Shown here: positions 26,992 through 35,628 of the stretch, piece by piece
How positions within the stretch are numbered: the first letter of the stretch is position 1
Layout: every line of letters begins with the position of its first letter
The notes under the pieces: model-generated
Seen by the model: the letters and a program-made list of their open reading frames with translations, nothing else
Databases searched by the model: none
What the model was told of the DNA's origin: nothing
Virus record (IMG/VR): IMGVR_UViG_3300038393_001851
Coordinates: 2,145-66,144 of that record
Origin: a virus
Length of the DNA: 64,000 bases
Reading direction: 5' to 3' (one strand)
Position numbers and translations under genes: made by a program

Positions 26992-27128
26992 CGGCGCACG
27001 AGCCGGAACTGGACGTTGAAGCGGCGGCGGCGGTGCTGCGCGTGCGCTGCGCGCATGGCCAGCGGCACGCGCTTCGGGCGTCCGTTGACCTTGCCGAAGT
27101 AGCGCCCTTCGCGCGCGTTGCGGCTCAC
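26988..27128 (-). CDS. SRNxREGRY-motif protein 5 (46 aa)
   Basis: GTGA overlap, GAGG RBS; SRNAREGRYFGKVNGRPKR. Confidence 0.65.
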   Translation of the reverse strand: MSRNAREGRYFGKVNGRPKRVPLAMRAAHAQHRRRRFNVQFRLVRR

Positions 27129-27394
27129 GCGGCCTCGCGCAGCTTGAACCCCATCACCGCCACCGCCTTGCGCCGCGCGGGTGCCCATTCAACGAAGTAG
27201 CACACGGCGCCATCCCAGATGGCCGGGTGGCTGATCGAGCCGAGGATGACGCCAGGGGTGCCGTCCGGGTGCGCGTCGCCCGGCTCCGAGTTGACCTTGA
27301 CGATGCGGGTGCCGTTGGCTAGCGCGCCCTTGGCCTGCTGGCGGGTGAACATCCCATGCCAGCCCGGCTCGCCTTTGAAGGGGAAGTCCGTCAT
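27125..27394 (-). CDS. Hypothetical protein
   Basis: ATGA overlap; SH3-like GTRIVK...GVILG...YFVEW. Confidence 0.65.
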   Translation of the reverse strand: MTDFPFKGEPGWHGMFTRQQAKGALANGTRIVKVNSEPGDAHPDGTPGVILGSISHPAIWDGAVCYFVEWAPARRKAVAVMGFKLREAA

Positions 27395-27642
27395 GGGAAC
27401 ACCCGCGCAAAGCCGTCCGCGCGCAGCCATGCGCGCACGGTCGTGTCATAGGTCAGGTTGTCCGGGGCGGCCAGGCGGTACTTGGCCAGGTCGTTCGATG
27501 CCTGCGGCATCGACACCCCGAAGTAGTCCATGATGTGGCGCCGCCGCACCAGCCCGAAGTGCTCGATGAGGAAGTCGATAAAGCGCAGCCGCGCCAGCAG
27601 CGCCCCGTTGAGCGACGGCCAGTCGTCAACGCGTTCGCTCAC
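27391..27642 (-). CDS. Stand-alone CapW/BrxR-type winged HTH (no WYL domain)
   Basis: RLRFIDFL....G.V.R..IMDYFGVS.PQAS.DL..Y...AP.NL.YD. Confidence 0.72.
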   Translation of the reverse strand: MSERVDDWPSLNGALLARLRFIDFLIEHFGLVRRRHIMDYFGVSMPQASNDLAKYRLAAPDNLTYDTTVRAWLRADGFARVFP

Positions 27643-28004
27643 AGCGTACCCCGCCCGCGCACGGTGACGACCGGCCCCGCCTTCTCGCCCAAGCGCTTGA
27701 TCGCCGCCTTCAGCCGCTTTTCCTCGCGCTTCAAGGCGTCTACCCGGTCCACCAGTTCGCGCACGTTGGCCATCACCTCGCGGTGGCGCTGCCAGCCGCG
27801 CCGGATGGCCAGCGCTTCGCCGTGCAGGTAGTCGAACGGGTCCAGCACTTGCGCGCACGCGGCGCACGAAACGACCCGCTCGTGCGGATCGACCCGGATC
27901 GCCTCGTGCTGGCAGTAGTGCGGCACGCCCGCCGGGCGCGGGGCGATGGCGACCGGGTTGTCGGGCAGCTCGGGGAAGGCCCGAATGATGTTGTCGTCGC
28001 TCAT
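27639..28004 (-). CDS. Zn-binding coiled-coil hypothetical protein
   Basis: CQH...VSCAAC..LDPFDYL then heptads. Confidence 0.7.
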   Translation of the reverse strand: MSDDNIIRAFPELPDNPVAIAPRPAGVPHYCQHEAIRVDPHERVVSCAACAQVLDPFDYLHGEALAIRRGWQRHREVMANVRELVDRVDALKREEKRLKAAIKRLGEKAGPVVTVRGRGTL

Positions 28005-28019
28005 AGTTTTACCATTGGC

Positions 28020-28048
28020 ATTGTAGGCGCCGTCTCCCCGTTTGTCCA
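28020..28048 (-). promoter_or_regulatory. sigma70 promoter of leftward accessory operon
   Basis: TGGACA-17-TACAAT on minus strand. Confidence 0.7.
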
Positions 28049-28103
28049 CCCGTACCCCCTCGGCCTGTACACAACAGTACAGCCCAGGGGAATACGGCAC
28101 AGG

Positions 28104-28130
28104 GTCGAATAATTTTCCAGACGCGAGAAT
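28104..28130 (+). promoter_or_regulatory. Late promoter motif 1 (portal)
   Basis: GTCGAATAA-N12-GAGAAT. Confidence 0.7.
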
Positions 28131-28155
28131 ACCTCGCGTGCAACCTGGAAAATTC

Positions 28156-30489
28156 ATGGCCCAACCAATCGTCACGACGCCGAAGGCGCTTGCCAAAGGG
28201 CGGATCAGCCGCCTGCCCGACCAGTCCGGCAAGCCAATCAGCAGCGCCTCGCCGCCCGAATTGCGGGACGAAGCGCTGTCGCGTGAAGAGGTCGAGAACT
28301 TCCTGTTTGAGATCAAGCACCAGCCGAACTGGCGCCGCGAGTCCGACCGCGCCGCCGACTACTACGATGGCAACCAGCTGGACCAGGATGCGGTCGATAA
28401 GCTGACCGAACGTGGCCAGCCGCCCCTCATCACCAACCTGATCAAGCCCACGATTGACACCGTGCTCGGGCTGGAAGCCAAGAGCCGTACCGATTGGGTG
28501 GTGCGGCAGGAGGATGATGCCTCGTCCGAGGCCGACCTGGCCGAAGCGCTGTCCGTCAAGCTCAAGCACGCCGAAATCGAGTCGCGGGCGGACCGCGCCT
28601 GTTCCGACGCCTACGCCGCCCAGGTCAAGGCCGGCCTGGGGTGGGTCGAGGTCTCGCGCAACACCGATCCGTTCGATTCCGATTACCGCGTCACCTACGT
28701 TCACCGCCGCGAGATCTTTTGGGACTGGCGCGCCGAGAAGCCCGACCTCTCCGATGCCCGCTACCTGATCCGGCGCCGCTGGCTCGACTTGTCGCACGCG
28801 ATCGCGTTGATGCCTCAGTACGCGCAACTGCTGCGCAATACGGTAGCCGGCTGGAGCGGGTTCGACCCGCTGATGGAGGAGCCAACCGGGCTGGTGCAGT
28901 CGTTCTATACGGAACGCGACACCCGCTTGGACGTTTCTGACTGGCGCGACAACGTGCGCCAGCGCGTATGCCTAAACGAAATCTGGTATCGCAAGTGGGT
29001 CAAGGGCACCGTGATGAGGTTGCCCAACGGGCGCGTGGTCGAGTGCGACTTGGACAATCCTGCACACTGCGAGGCTGTACTGTCTGGTATTGTTGAGGTC
29101 AGGGAAGCAGTGTACCAAAGGGTACGGCTGGCCTGGTATTGCGGCCCGCACTTCCTGTATGACGTGCCAACGCCCTACAGGCACTCGTATTTCCCCTACG
29201 TGCCCTTTTTCGGCTTCCGCGAGGACCAGACCATGGTCCCGTATGGCCTGATCCGTTCGATGATCTCGCCCCAGGACGAGATCAACGCGCGCAAGAGCAA
29301 GCAGCTTTGGCTGCTCAACAGCCGGCGCGTGATCACCGACTCGGACGCCGTGAACGACCACGAGCAGGCGATGCGCGAGATCGCGCGTCCCGACGCTTAC
29401 GTCATCCTGAACCCGAACCGGCGCCCCAATTCGCGCTTCGAGGTCGAAGACGGCACCGCGCTGGCCCCGGCCCAGGGCGCGGCCATGATGGAGGCCAAGA
29501 ACGAGATCGCGGAGGCGTCGGGCATCCACAAGGCGATGATGGGCCAGTCGTCGGCCGCCACCGCCGGCATCGCCATCAATTCGCTGATCGACCAGGGCCT
29601 CACGACCTTGGCGGAGATAAACGACAATTTCCACTTCGCCCGCCGCCTGGTGGGCGAGTGCCTGTTCTCGATGCTGCAGGAGGACCTGTCCAAGGGGCCG
29701 GTGCCGGTCAAGCTGGGCAGCGGCATGAGCGAGCGGGTGGTGGTGCTCAACGACCTGCAGCAGGATCCGCAGAGCGGCCAGCCGGTGCTGGTCAACGATG
29801 TGGCGCGCGTGCGCGCCCGCATTGTACTGGACGACATCAAGTCGACTCCGACCTACCGCCAGCAGGTCATGACCCAGCTTACCGAGATCACCAAGTCGCT
29901 GCCGCCCGAAGCCCAGGCCGCGCTGGCGCCGCTGTGGGTACAGGCCTCGGACCTGCCGGGCAAGGAGCAGGTCATCGACACCTTGCGCCGCGCCCTCAAC
30001 CTGCCGGACGACTCCCCGCAGGGCCGGATGGCGGCCCAGCAGCAGGCTGCCATCAACGCCAAGAAGCAGGAAGACCAGTACGCGCTGGCGATGCAGGAGC
30101 AGCAGGCCAAGATCGAGAAGCTGCACGCCGACGCGGCCAAGCTCATGGCCGACGTGCGCGCGATTGACCGCAACATCGAATCGGTGCCGCACGTGCCGCT
30201 ACTGGATCACCACAACGCCCTCAACGAGGTGCGCCAGGCCGGCCAGGACCAGATCGACGCGCTGCAGGAGCAGATCGCCAAGCTGCAGGTGCAGCTGGCC
30301 AACCGCCAGGCCGAGATCGCGGCCAAGTCGGATTCCGACGTCGTGGCCGGCCGCGTGAAGATCGAGCAGGCCAAGATCAACGCCCACGCCCAGCTCGAAG
30401 CGGCGCGCATGGCCGCCGATTCGGCCAAGGAGGTCGCGCTGGTACACGCCAAGGCCAAGGCGACCGCCGAAAAGAAAAAGGTCGAATAA
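28156..30489 (+). CDS. Portal protein, P22-like
   Basis: DYYDG.Q, RGQPP...NLI.P.ID.VLG, FPYVPF, YGLIR.M..PQDE.N; C-terminal coiled-coil barrel. Confidence 0.93.
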   Translation: MAQPIVTTPKALAKGRISRLPDQSGKPISSASPPELRDEALSREEVENFLFEIKHQPNWRRESDRAADYYDGNQLDQDAVDKLTERGQPPLITNLIKPTIDTVLGLEAKSRTDWVVRQEDDASSEADLAEALSVKLKHAEIESRADRACSDAYAAQVKAGLGWVEVSRNTDPFDSDYRVTYVHRREIFWDWRAEKPDLSDARYLIRRRWLDLSHAIALMPQYAQLLRNTVAGWSGFDPLMEEPTGLVQSFYTERDTRLDVSDWRDNVRQRVCLNEIWYRKWVKGTVMRLPNGRVVECDLDNPAHCEAVLSGIVEVREAVYQRVRLAWYCGPHFLYDVPTPYRHSYFPYVPFFGFREDQTMVPYGLIRSMISPQDEINARKSKQLWLLNSRRVITDSDAVNDHEQAMREIARPDAYVILNPNRRPNSRFEVEDGTALAPAQGAAMMEAKNEIAEASGIHKAMMGQSSAATAGIAINSLIDQGLTTLAEINDNFHFARRLVGECLFSMLQEDLSKGPVPVKLGSGMSERVVVLNDLQQDPQSGQPVLVNDVARVRARIVLDDIKSTPTYRQQVMTQLTEITKSLPPEAQAALAPLWVQASDLPGKEQVIDTLRRALNLPDDSPQGRMAAQQQAAINAKKQEDQYALAMQEQQAKIEKLHADAAKLMADVRAIDRNIESVPHVPLLDHHNALNEVRQAGQDQIDALQEQIAKLQVQLANRQAEIAAKSDSDVVAGRVKIEQAKINAHAQLEAARMAADSAKEVALVHAKAKATAEKKKVE

Positions 30490-30507
30490 CTTTTTCGAAA
30501 CTACTCT
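30481..30507 (+). promoter_or_regulatory. Late promoter motif 2 (scaffold/capsid)
   Basis: GTCGAATAA-N12-TACTCT; TAA is the portal stop. Confidence 0.65.
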
Positions 30508-30576
30508 TGCCACTGACCCCGGCCGGTGGGACATCCGGCCACGCCCTTTACGCGACCGACGCGATACGTGGAGACG

Positions 30577-31575
30577 ATGAGCATGGCAATTGAGTTGATG
30601 CAGGGAGACCTGACGCCAAGTGACGCTTTGAAGATGTTGGAGGAGCTGGAGAGCGGCATCGAGCCGGAACCTGACCCGAAGACGGAAGCAGCGCCCCCCG
30701 CCGCGTCGGAAGCCCCCGCCGCTGCAAAAGAAGCAGAAGCACCGCCCGAACCCGAAGTTGAGCAGGAGCCGCAAGGCATTGCGACCAAGGACGGCAAGCA
30801 TGTGATTCCGTATTCGGTGCTGCAAAGTGAGCGTAACCGCGCCGCTGCCGCCGAACGAGAACTGCAGGCCACGCTGGCAAAGATCGCGGAGCTGGAGGCA
30901 CGCCAGACTGACCCGAAACCTGCGGCGAATAACGGGGCCGCCGCCCCCACGGAAGAACAGTTGGCCGAGTTGGACCCGGAGACACTGGCCGAGTTGGAGC
31001 AGGATTTCCCGACCATCGTGGCTTTGCACAAGATCGCCGAAAGCAAAAACAAGGCTTTGCAGGCACAGATCGAGGCGCTTAAAGCCAAGCTGGACCCGCT
31101 GGAAAACCTGACCCGGCAGGAGCAGGCCAACCGCGAGCAGCAGCGCGCGCAGACCGTCCAGGAGGCGATCGACGCGGTGCCCAAGCTGGCGCATGTCCAG
31201 GCATCCGACCCTGACGCCTTCGCAATGGCGCAGCAGTTCGATTCAACCCTGCGTGAGCGTCCCGAATGGGCTGACAAGCCGCTGTCGGAACGCTTTGCCA
31301 AGGTGGTCGAGCTGGTCGAGGCGGCGCGCGGCGAGATTCAACTCAAGCAACCAGCAGCATCGTCGGAACCAGCGAACTTGAAGCAGGCTGCAGCCGCGAA
31401 GCTGAAGGACAGCGCCGAGAAGGCGGTCCCCACCTCGCTGTCGCAATTCCCCGCTGGCGAGCCGGTTGCGACCGACGAAGCCAGCGCGATTGCGGCGCTC
31501 TCGCACGCACAGATTGCGGAAAAGTTCGCCCGTATGACGCCCGCCCAAATGGACGCCTACCTCAACAACTTTTAA
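30577..31575 (+). CDS. Capsid scaffolding protein
   Basis: Acidic coiled coil between portal and capsid; KDGKHVIPYSVL. Confidence 0.8.
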   Translation: MSMAIELMQGDLTPSDALKMLEELESGIEPEPDPKTEAAPPAASEAPAAAKEAEAPPEPEVEQEPQGIATKDGKHVIPYSVLQSERNRAAAAERELQATLAKIAELEARQTDPKPAANNGAAAPTEEQLAELDPETLAELEQDFPTIVALHKIAESKNKALQAQIEALKAKLDPLENLTRQEQANREQQRAQTVQEAIDAVPKLAHVQASDPDAFAMAQQFDSTLRERPEWADKPLSERFAKVVELVEAARGEIQLKQPAASSEPANLKQAAAAKLKDSAEKAVPTSLSQFPAGEPVATDEASAIAALSHAQIAEKFARMTPAQMDAYLNNF

Positions 31576-31587
31576 GAGAGTGCCACC

Positions 31588-32856
31588 ATGGCTACTACCA
31601 TCCCAGTTGGAAGCCCGCTCGCGCGTAAAGTGTATAGCGTCGGCCTGTTCACCCGCGTGCAGCACGCACCGGGTTTCATGAACCTGATCTCGGGCGAAAT
31701 GCCCAAGGCAGGCGATTTCGCCGCCAAAGCCAAGGGCCAGACCAGCCCGGACTACCCGATCGTGAAGACCGGCGATCTGGCCAAGGGCGCAGGCGATACG
31801 GTCTCGATTGACCTCTTCAATATCCTCCAGGGTAAGCCCGTCATGGGCGACAAGCGCATCGCTGGTCACATGATGCCGCTGACTTACAGCTCGATGGACG
31901 TGAAGATCAACCAGGCCCGCGGCGGCGCTGACAGCGGCGGCCGTATGTCGCAAAAGCGTACCGTCAACAACCTGCGCAACATCGCCATGAGCGGCCTGCA
32001 GGCGTGGATGACCCGTTACGAAGACCAGTGCGCCCTGGTGCATCTGGCCGGCGCGCGCGGTTCGCAGCAGACCACCGATTGGGTGGTGCCGCTGCAGTCG
32101 GACCCGGACTTCACCGAGACCATGGTCAACAAGGTCAATGCGCCGACCAAGAACCGTTATTTCGGTGCTGGCGCCTCCACCGGCCCGGCCACGATCTCGA
32201 CCAGCGACGCCCTGACCCTGCAGGACATCGACCGTATCGTGGCCTCGCTGCGCGAGTCCTCGGTCCCGCTGCAGACCATCAAGATCAACGGCGACGACAA
32301 GGCCTGGAACGATCCGCTGTGGTGCATGTTCGTGACCGAGCGCCAGTGGCTGTACCTGCAGGCCCGTACCTCGCAGACCCAATGGCGCCAGGCGATGCAA
32401 AACGCGTTCGAACGCAAATCGGGTAGCGTCAAGCATCCGCTGTTCGACTCGTACGAGACCCTGATGTGGTCCGGCATGCTGATCAAGCGCCTGAACCGCT
32501 ACGCGATCCGCTTTAATACCGGCGATTCGGTGGTGGTCGATACGGGCGGCACCGATGGCGCCACCTACACCGAGTCCACCGTGACCGCTGCCCAGCCGTT
32601 CGACCGCGCCATCATCCTCGGGGCGCAGGCGCTGGCCAAGGCCTACGGCAAGTCGGCATCGGACTATTTTTACGACTGGTCGGAACAGGAAGTCGACCAC
32701 GGCAACGGCGTGGAGATCGTCACCTCGACCATGTGTGGCGCCTCCAAGATCCGCTTCCGCATCGACGGCGCTGACACCGACTTCGGGGTGGCCGTGGTCG
32801 ATTCGTATGCACCGGACCCGACCTCCTCGGCAGGCCGCACGCTGCTGTCTTCGTAA
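31588..32856 (+). CDS. Major capsid protein, N4-gp56/DUF4043 family
   Basis: DLAKGAGDTV..DL, P.MGD...G, HLAGARG, HPLF, RAIILGAQALA.A.G, DFGV. Confidence 0.92.
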   Translation: MATTIPVGSPLARKVYSVGLFTRVQHAPGFMNLISGEMPKAGDFAAKAKGQTSPDYPIVKTGDLAKGAGDTVSIDLFNILQGKPVMGDKRIAGHMMPLTYSSMDVKINQARGGADSGGRMSQKRTVNNLRNIAMSGLQAWMTRYEDQCALVHLAGARGSQQTTDWVVPLQSDPDFTETMVNKVNAPTKNRYFGAGASTGPATISTSDALTLQDIDRIVASLRESSVPLQTIKINGDDKAWNDPLWCMFVTERQWLYLQARTSQTQWRQAMQNAFERKSGSVKHPLFDSYETLMWSGMLIKRLNRYAIRFNTGDSVVVDTGGTDGATYTESTVTAAQPFDRAIILGAQALAKAYGKSASDYFYDWSEQEVDHGNGVEIVTSTMCGASKIRFRIDGADTDFGVAVVDSYAPDPTSSAGRTLLSS

Positions 32857-32864
32857 GCACGTCT

Positions 32865-32891
32865 GGGCTGACAACGATTGCTTGTCAGCCC
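32865..32891. promoter_or_regulatory. Perfect inverted copy of the 19-bp operator inside a hairpin
   Basis: GGGC-TGACAACGATTGCTTGTCA-GCCC; core is the exact reverse complement of 5581-5599. Confidence 0.7.
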
Positions 32892-32924
32892 TTCGCCTGA
32901 CCACCTCATTTTCGGAGAATTACC

Positions 32925-33332
32925 ATGACCACTTATGTAGCCCCTACCGTATCGCGGATCCAGTCGTCCGGCGAATACGGCAATGCCTTCTTCGCGCACG
33001 GCACCTACACCGCCGCCGCTGCCGCGATCAACGACAACGTGTACCTGGTGCGCCTGTACGCCGGCACCAAGATCTACAACGTACGCCTGATCAACGCGGC
33101 GCTGGGCGCCAGCACCACCGTCGATATCGGCTTCAAGCACGTTGACGGCCAGGCCGGCGACAGCCCGACCGCGTTCCTGACCGCCCAAGCCACCAGTACG
33201 GCCGGTGCCAACCAGTCCTCGACGGCGCCGATCACGCTGGCCTTCGACGCGTACATCGTCGCCACCTTCAAGGGCGGCGTGGCCACCGGCCAGATCGACG
33301 CGATCGTGCAATACGAGTTCGTGGGCACCTAA
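32925..33332 (+). CDS. Virion structural protein (capsid decoration-like)
   Basis: GGAGA RBS; small beta-rich protein right after capsid. Confidence 0.7.
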   Translation: MTTYVAPTVSRIQSSGEYGNAFFAHGTYTAAAAAINDNVYLVRLYAGTKIYNVRLINAALGASTTVDIGFKHVDGQAGDSPTAFLTAQATSTAGANQSSTAPITLAFDAYIVATFKGGVATGQIDAIVQYEFVGT

Positions 33333-33359
33333 TGCCCGCTGGTGTGCAGCAGCACACCG

Positions 33360-33387
33360 ATGGGGCCAGCCGGCCCCATTTTTTTTT
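33360..33387 (+). terminator. Intrinsic terminator after head genes
   Basis: ATGGGGCC-AGCC-GGCCCCAT then T run. Confidence 0.85.
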
Positions 33388-33402
33388 GGGGAGAGTGTGA
33401 CC

Positions 33403-33798
33403 ATGATCCGAATTAAATATGTCGGCGTGCAGGCCCCGCTGGTTGACGCGGTAGCCAAGACCGGCATCGTCTGGACGGACGGCGCTGTACATGCCGTCTC
33501 GACGCGCCAAGCACGCGCGCTGCTGCGCCACCCCGACCAGTGGCAGCTGGTGGACAAGAAGGACGCCGCGACGCTGGCCAAGCAGCCGATGATCAGCTTC
33601 ATCAACCCCGAGGGCAAGCGGGTCCAGATCCCGGAGACGGTGCTGACTACGCCGCTGGAACGGCTGAACTCCGACGAGGTGCGGGCGGTGGCCCTGCACC
33701 GCTACGGCAAGACGTTCCGGCCCGATGCCGCGCGCGCCCGCATGATCGACGAAATCGAGGACTTGGCGGCCGGCATGGATCCGATTACCAGGCTGTGA
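33403..33798 (+). CDS. Hypothetical head-region protein
   Basis: GGAGAG RBS; LLRHPDQW. Confidence 0.7.
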   Translation: MIRIKYVGVQAPLVDAVAKTGIVWTDGAVHAVSTRQARALLRHPDQWQLVDKKDAATLAKQPMISFINPEGKRVQIPETVLTTPLERLNSDEVRAVALHRYGKTFRPDAARARMIDEIEDLAAGMDPITRL

Positions 33799-33887
33799 AC
33801 CTACGGTCTACCGGCAGACTGTAGGTCCAACCGGCAGACCCTGTGGTCTTGTACTGTACCAGACAGACATGTACGGTCATGTTCAGG

Positions 33888-33914
33888 GTCGAATAAGTCC
33901 GCGACACGGATACT
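33888..33914 (+). promoter_or_regulatory. Late promoter motif 3
   Basis: GTCGAATAA-N12-GATACT. Confidence 0.7.
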
Positions 33915-33944
33915 GACGGCACTTCCCATTGTGCCGAGCCTGCC

Positions 33945-34550
33945 GTGAAATTTCTCGACCTGCTGTCCTACGTGTTGCCCGAAGTGGCCGGTTGCACGGA
34001 CCTGCTGGTGGAGCGCGCCCTGCGCGACACCCTGGCCGACCTGTGCCTGCGCGCCAAGGTCTGGAGCGAGAAGACGTACCCGCAGAACACCGTGCCCGGC
34101 GTGGCCGACTACGACGTCGACTTGCCGTGCTGCGCCGAGCTGGTTGAGATCAAGTGGCTGGCCTTCGACAATCGCCGCCTGTTCGGCGTGCCCGACGAGA
34201 CCCCGGCGCTGGGGCAGGCCCCCGGCACGCCGCGCGCCTATGCCCAGTTGACCCCGGACACCGTGACGCTGGTCCCGGCGCCGGATACGGCCGCGCCGCT
34301 GACGATGACGCTGACGCTGCGCCCCACGCTCGATGGGGTCGATTTCCCCGACTGGCTGATCACGCGCTACCAAGACGCGCTGCTGGCCGGCGCCAAGGCG
34401 CGCTTGCTGATGATGACCGGCCGCGCGTGGTTCGCGCCGCAGCAGGCCCTGGCGTACCAGGCGATGTACGCCGCCGAGGTCGCGCGCGCGATGTACGACA
34501 CGGCCCATGGCGCGGTGCGCGGGCCGCTGCGCACCATTTCCCAACACTAG
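33945..34550 (+). CDS. Head-tail adaptor-like protein
   Basis: VLPEV.GC.D, L.PAPD, Y..AL..GA.ARL..M....W..P. Confidence 0.7.
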   Translation: MKFLDLLSYVLPEVAGCTDLLVERALRDTLADLCLRAKVWSEKTYPQNTVPGVADYDVDLPCCAELVEIKWLAFDNRRLFGVPDETPALGQAPGTPRAYAQLTPDTVTLVPAPDTAAPLTMTLTLRPTLDGVDFPDWLITRYQDALLAGAKARLLMMTGRAWFAPQQALAYQAMYAAEVARAMYDTAHGAVRGPLRTISQH

Positions 34551-34559
34551 GACACCACG

Positions 34560-35189
34560 ATGGCCGCTCTTGTCGATCCTCTCCTGGCGCGTGTCTCGGT
34601 CCTGCTGCAGGACGTGGCGCATACGCGCTGGCCGCTGGCCGAACTGCTCAACTGGCTCAATGACGGCCAGCGCGAGGTCGTGCTGCGCAAGCCGAATGCG
34701 TACGTCGTCAGCCGCGCGTTCGCGCTGGCCTACGGCACCAAGCAGGTGCTGCCGGCCGACGCGGTGCTGTTGGTGGATGTGGTGCGCAACCTGTCGGGCA
34801 AGGCGATCCGGCAGGTCGAGCGTGCCGTGTTGGACGCGCAGAACCTGGGCTGGCACGACCAGCTTCCGGCCACGGCGGTCCAGCACTTTTGCTATACGCC
34901 GCTCGACCCCAAGCATTTCTACGTGTACCCGCCCAACAACGGGACGGGGCAGGTCGAGCTGGCCTACAGCGCGCTGCCCCCCGATTGCGTGCTGGGCGGC
35001 GCGCTGTCGCTGGACGAGATCTACCAGTCGCCGCTGGTCGATTACGTCATGTATCGCGCCTATTCCAAGGACTCGGAACAGGCCGACACCCAACGTCTCA
35101 TCCTGCACTACGCCGCATTCGACCGCTCGCTCGGTGGCAAAGCGCAGCTTGAACGCGTCCCTTACCCCGCAACCCCTTCACAAGGATAA
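34560..35189 (+). CDS. Phage adaptor protein (DUF6682-like)
   Basis: LLQD...RW...EL..WLN.GQ, FYVYPP, LVDYVMYRAYSKD. Confidence 0.75.
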   Translation: MAALVDPLLARVSVLLQDVAHTRWPLAELLNWLNDGQREVVLRKPNAYVVSRAFALAYGTKQVLPADAVLLVDVVRNLSGKAIRQVERAVLDAQNLGWHDQLPATAVQHFCYTPLDPKHFYVYPPNNGTGQVELAYSALPPDCVLGGALSLDEIYQSPLVDYVMYRAYSKDSEQADTQRLILHYAAFDRSLGGKAQLERVPYPATPSQG

Positions 35190-35193
35190 AACC

Positions 35194-35601
35194 ATGGCTC
35201 TCCAACTGTCTGTCGCGGCGCGCAATGCGCGCTTGGACGCAATCGAAACCGTCATCGGCACGGCCGCCAAACTCAGGATTCTGACCGGCGCGCCGCCCGC
35301 CGACTGCGCCACCGCCCAGACCGGAACGCTGCTGTGCGAGATGGCGCTGCCGGCCGACTACCTCGACAACGCCTCCGGTGGAAGCAAGCTCAAGAGCGCG
35401 GGCGCCTGGAGCGGCACCGGCGTTGCCACCGGCACGGCCGGCCACTTCCGCATCGTCGATTCCAGCGGCACCACGTGTCATCTGCAGGGCACGATCACGA
35501 TCGCGGGTGGCGGCGGCGACATGACACTTGACAATACGTCAATTGCTGCGACGCAACAAGTCACCGTCAACACGTTCTCGCTGACCGACGCCAACGCCTG
35601 A
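35194..35601 (+). CDS. Small virion filament/fibre subunit-like protein
   Basis: AAGGA RBS; ARNARLDAIE..IG, GTAGHFRI, LDNTSIA. Confidence 0.7.
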   Translation: MALQLSVAARNARLDAIETVIGTAAKLRILTGAPPADCATAQTGTLLCEMALPADYLDNASGGSKLKSAGAWSGTGVATGTAGHFRIVDSSGTTCHLQGTITIAGGGGDMTLDNTSIAATQQVTVNTFSLTDANA

Positions 35602-35628
35602 TCGCCCTTGGCGGGGAGGGGAGGAACC

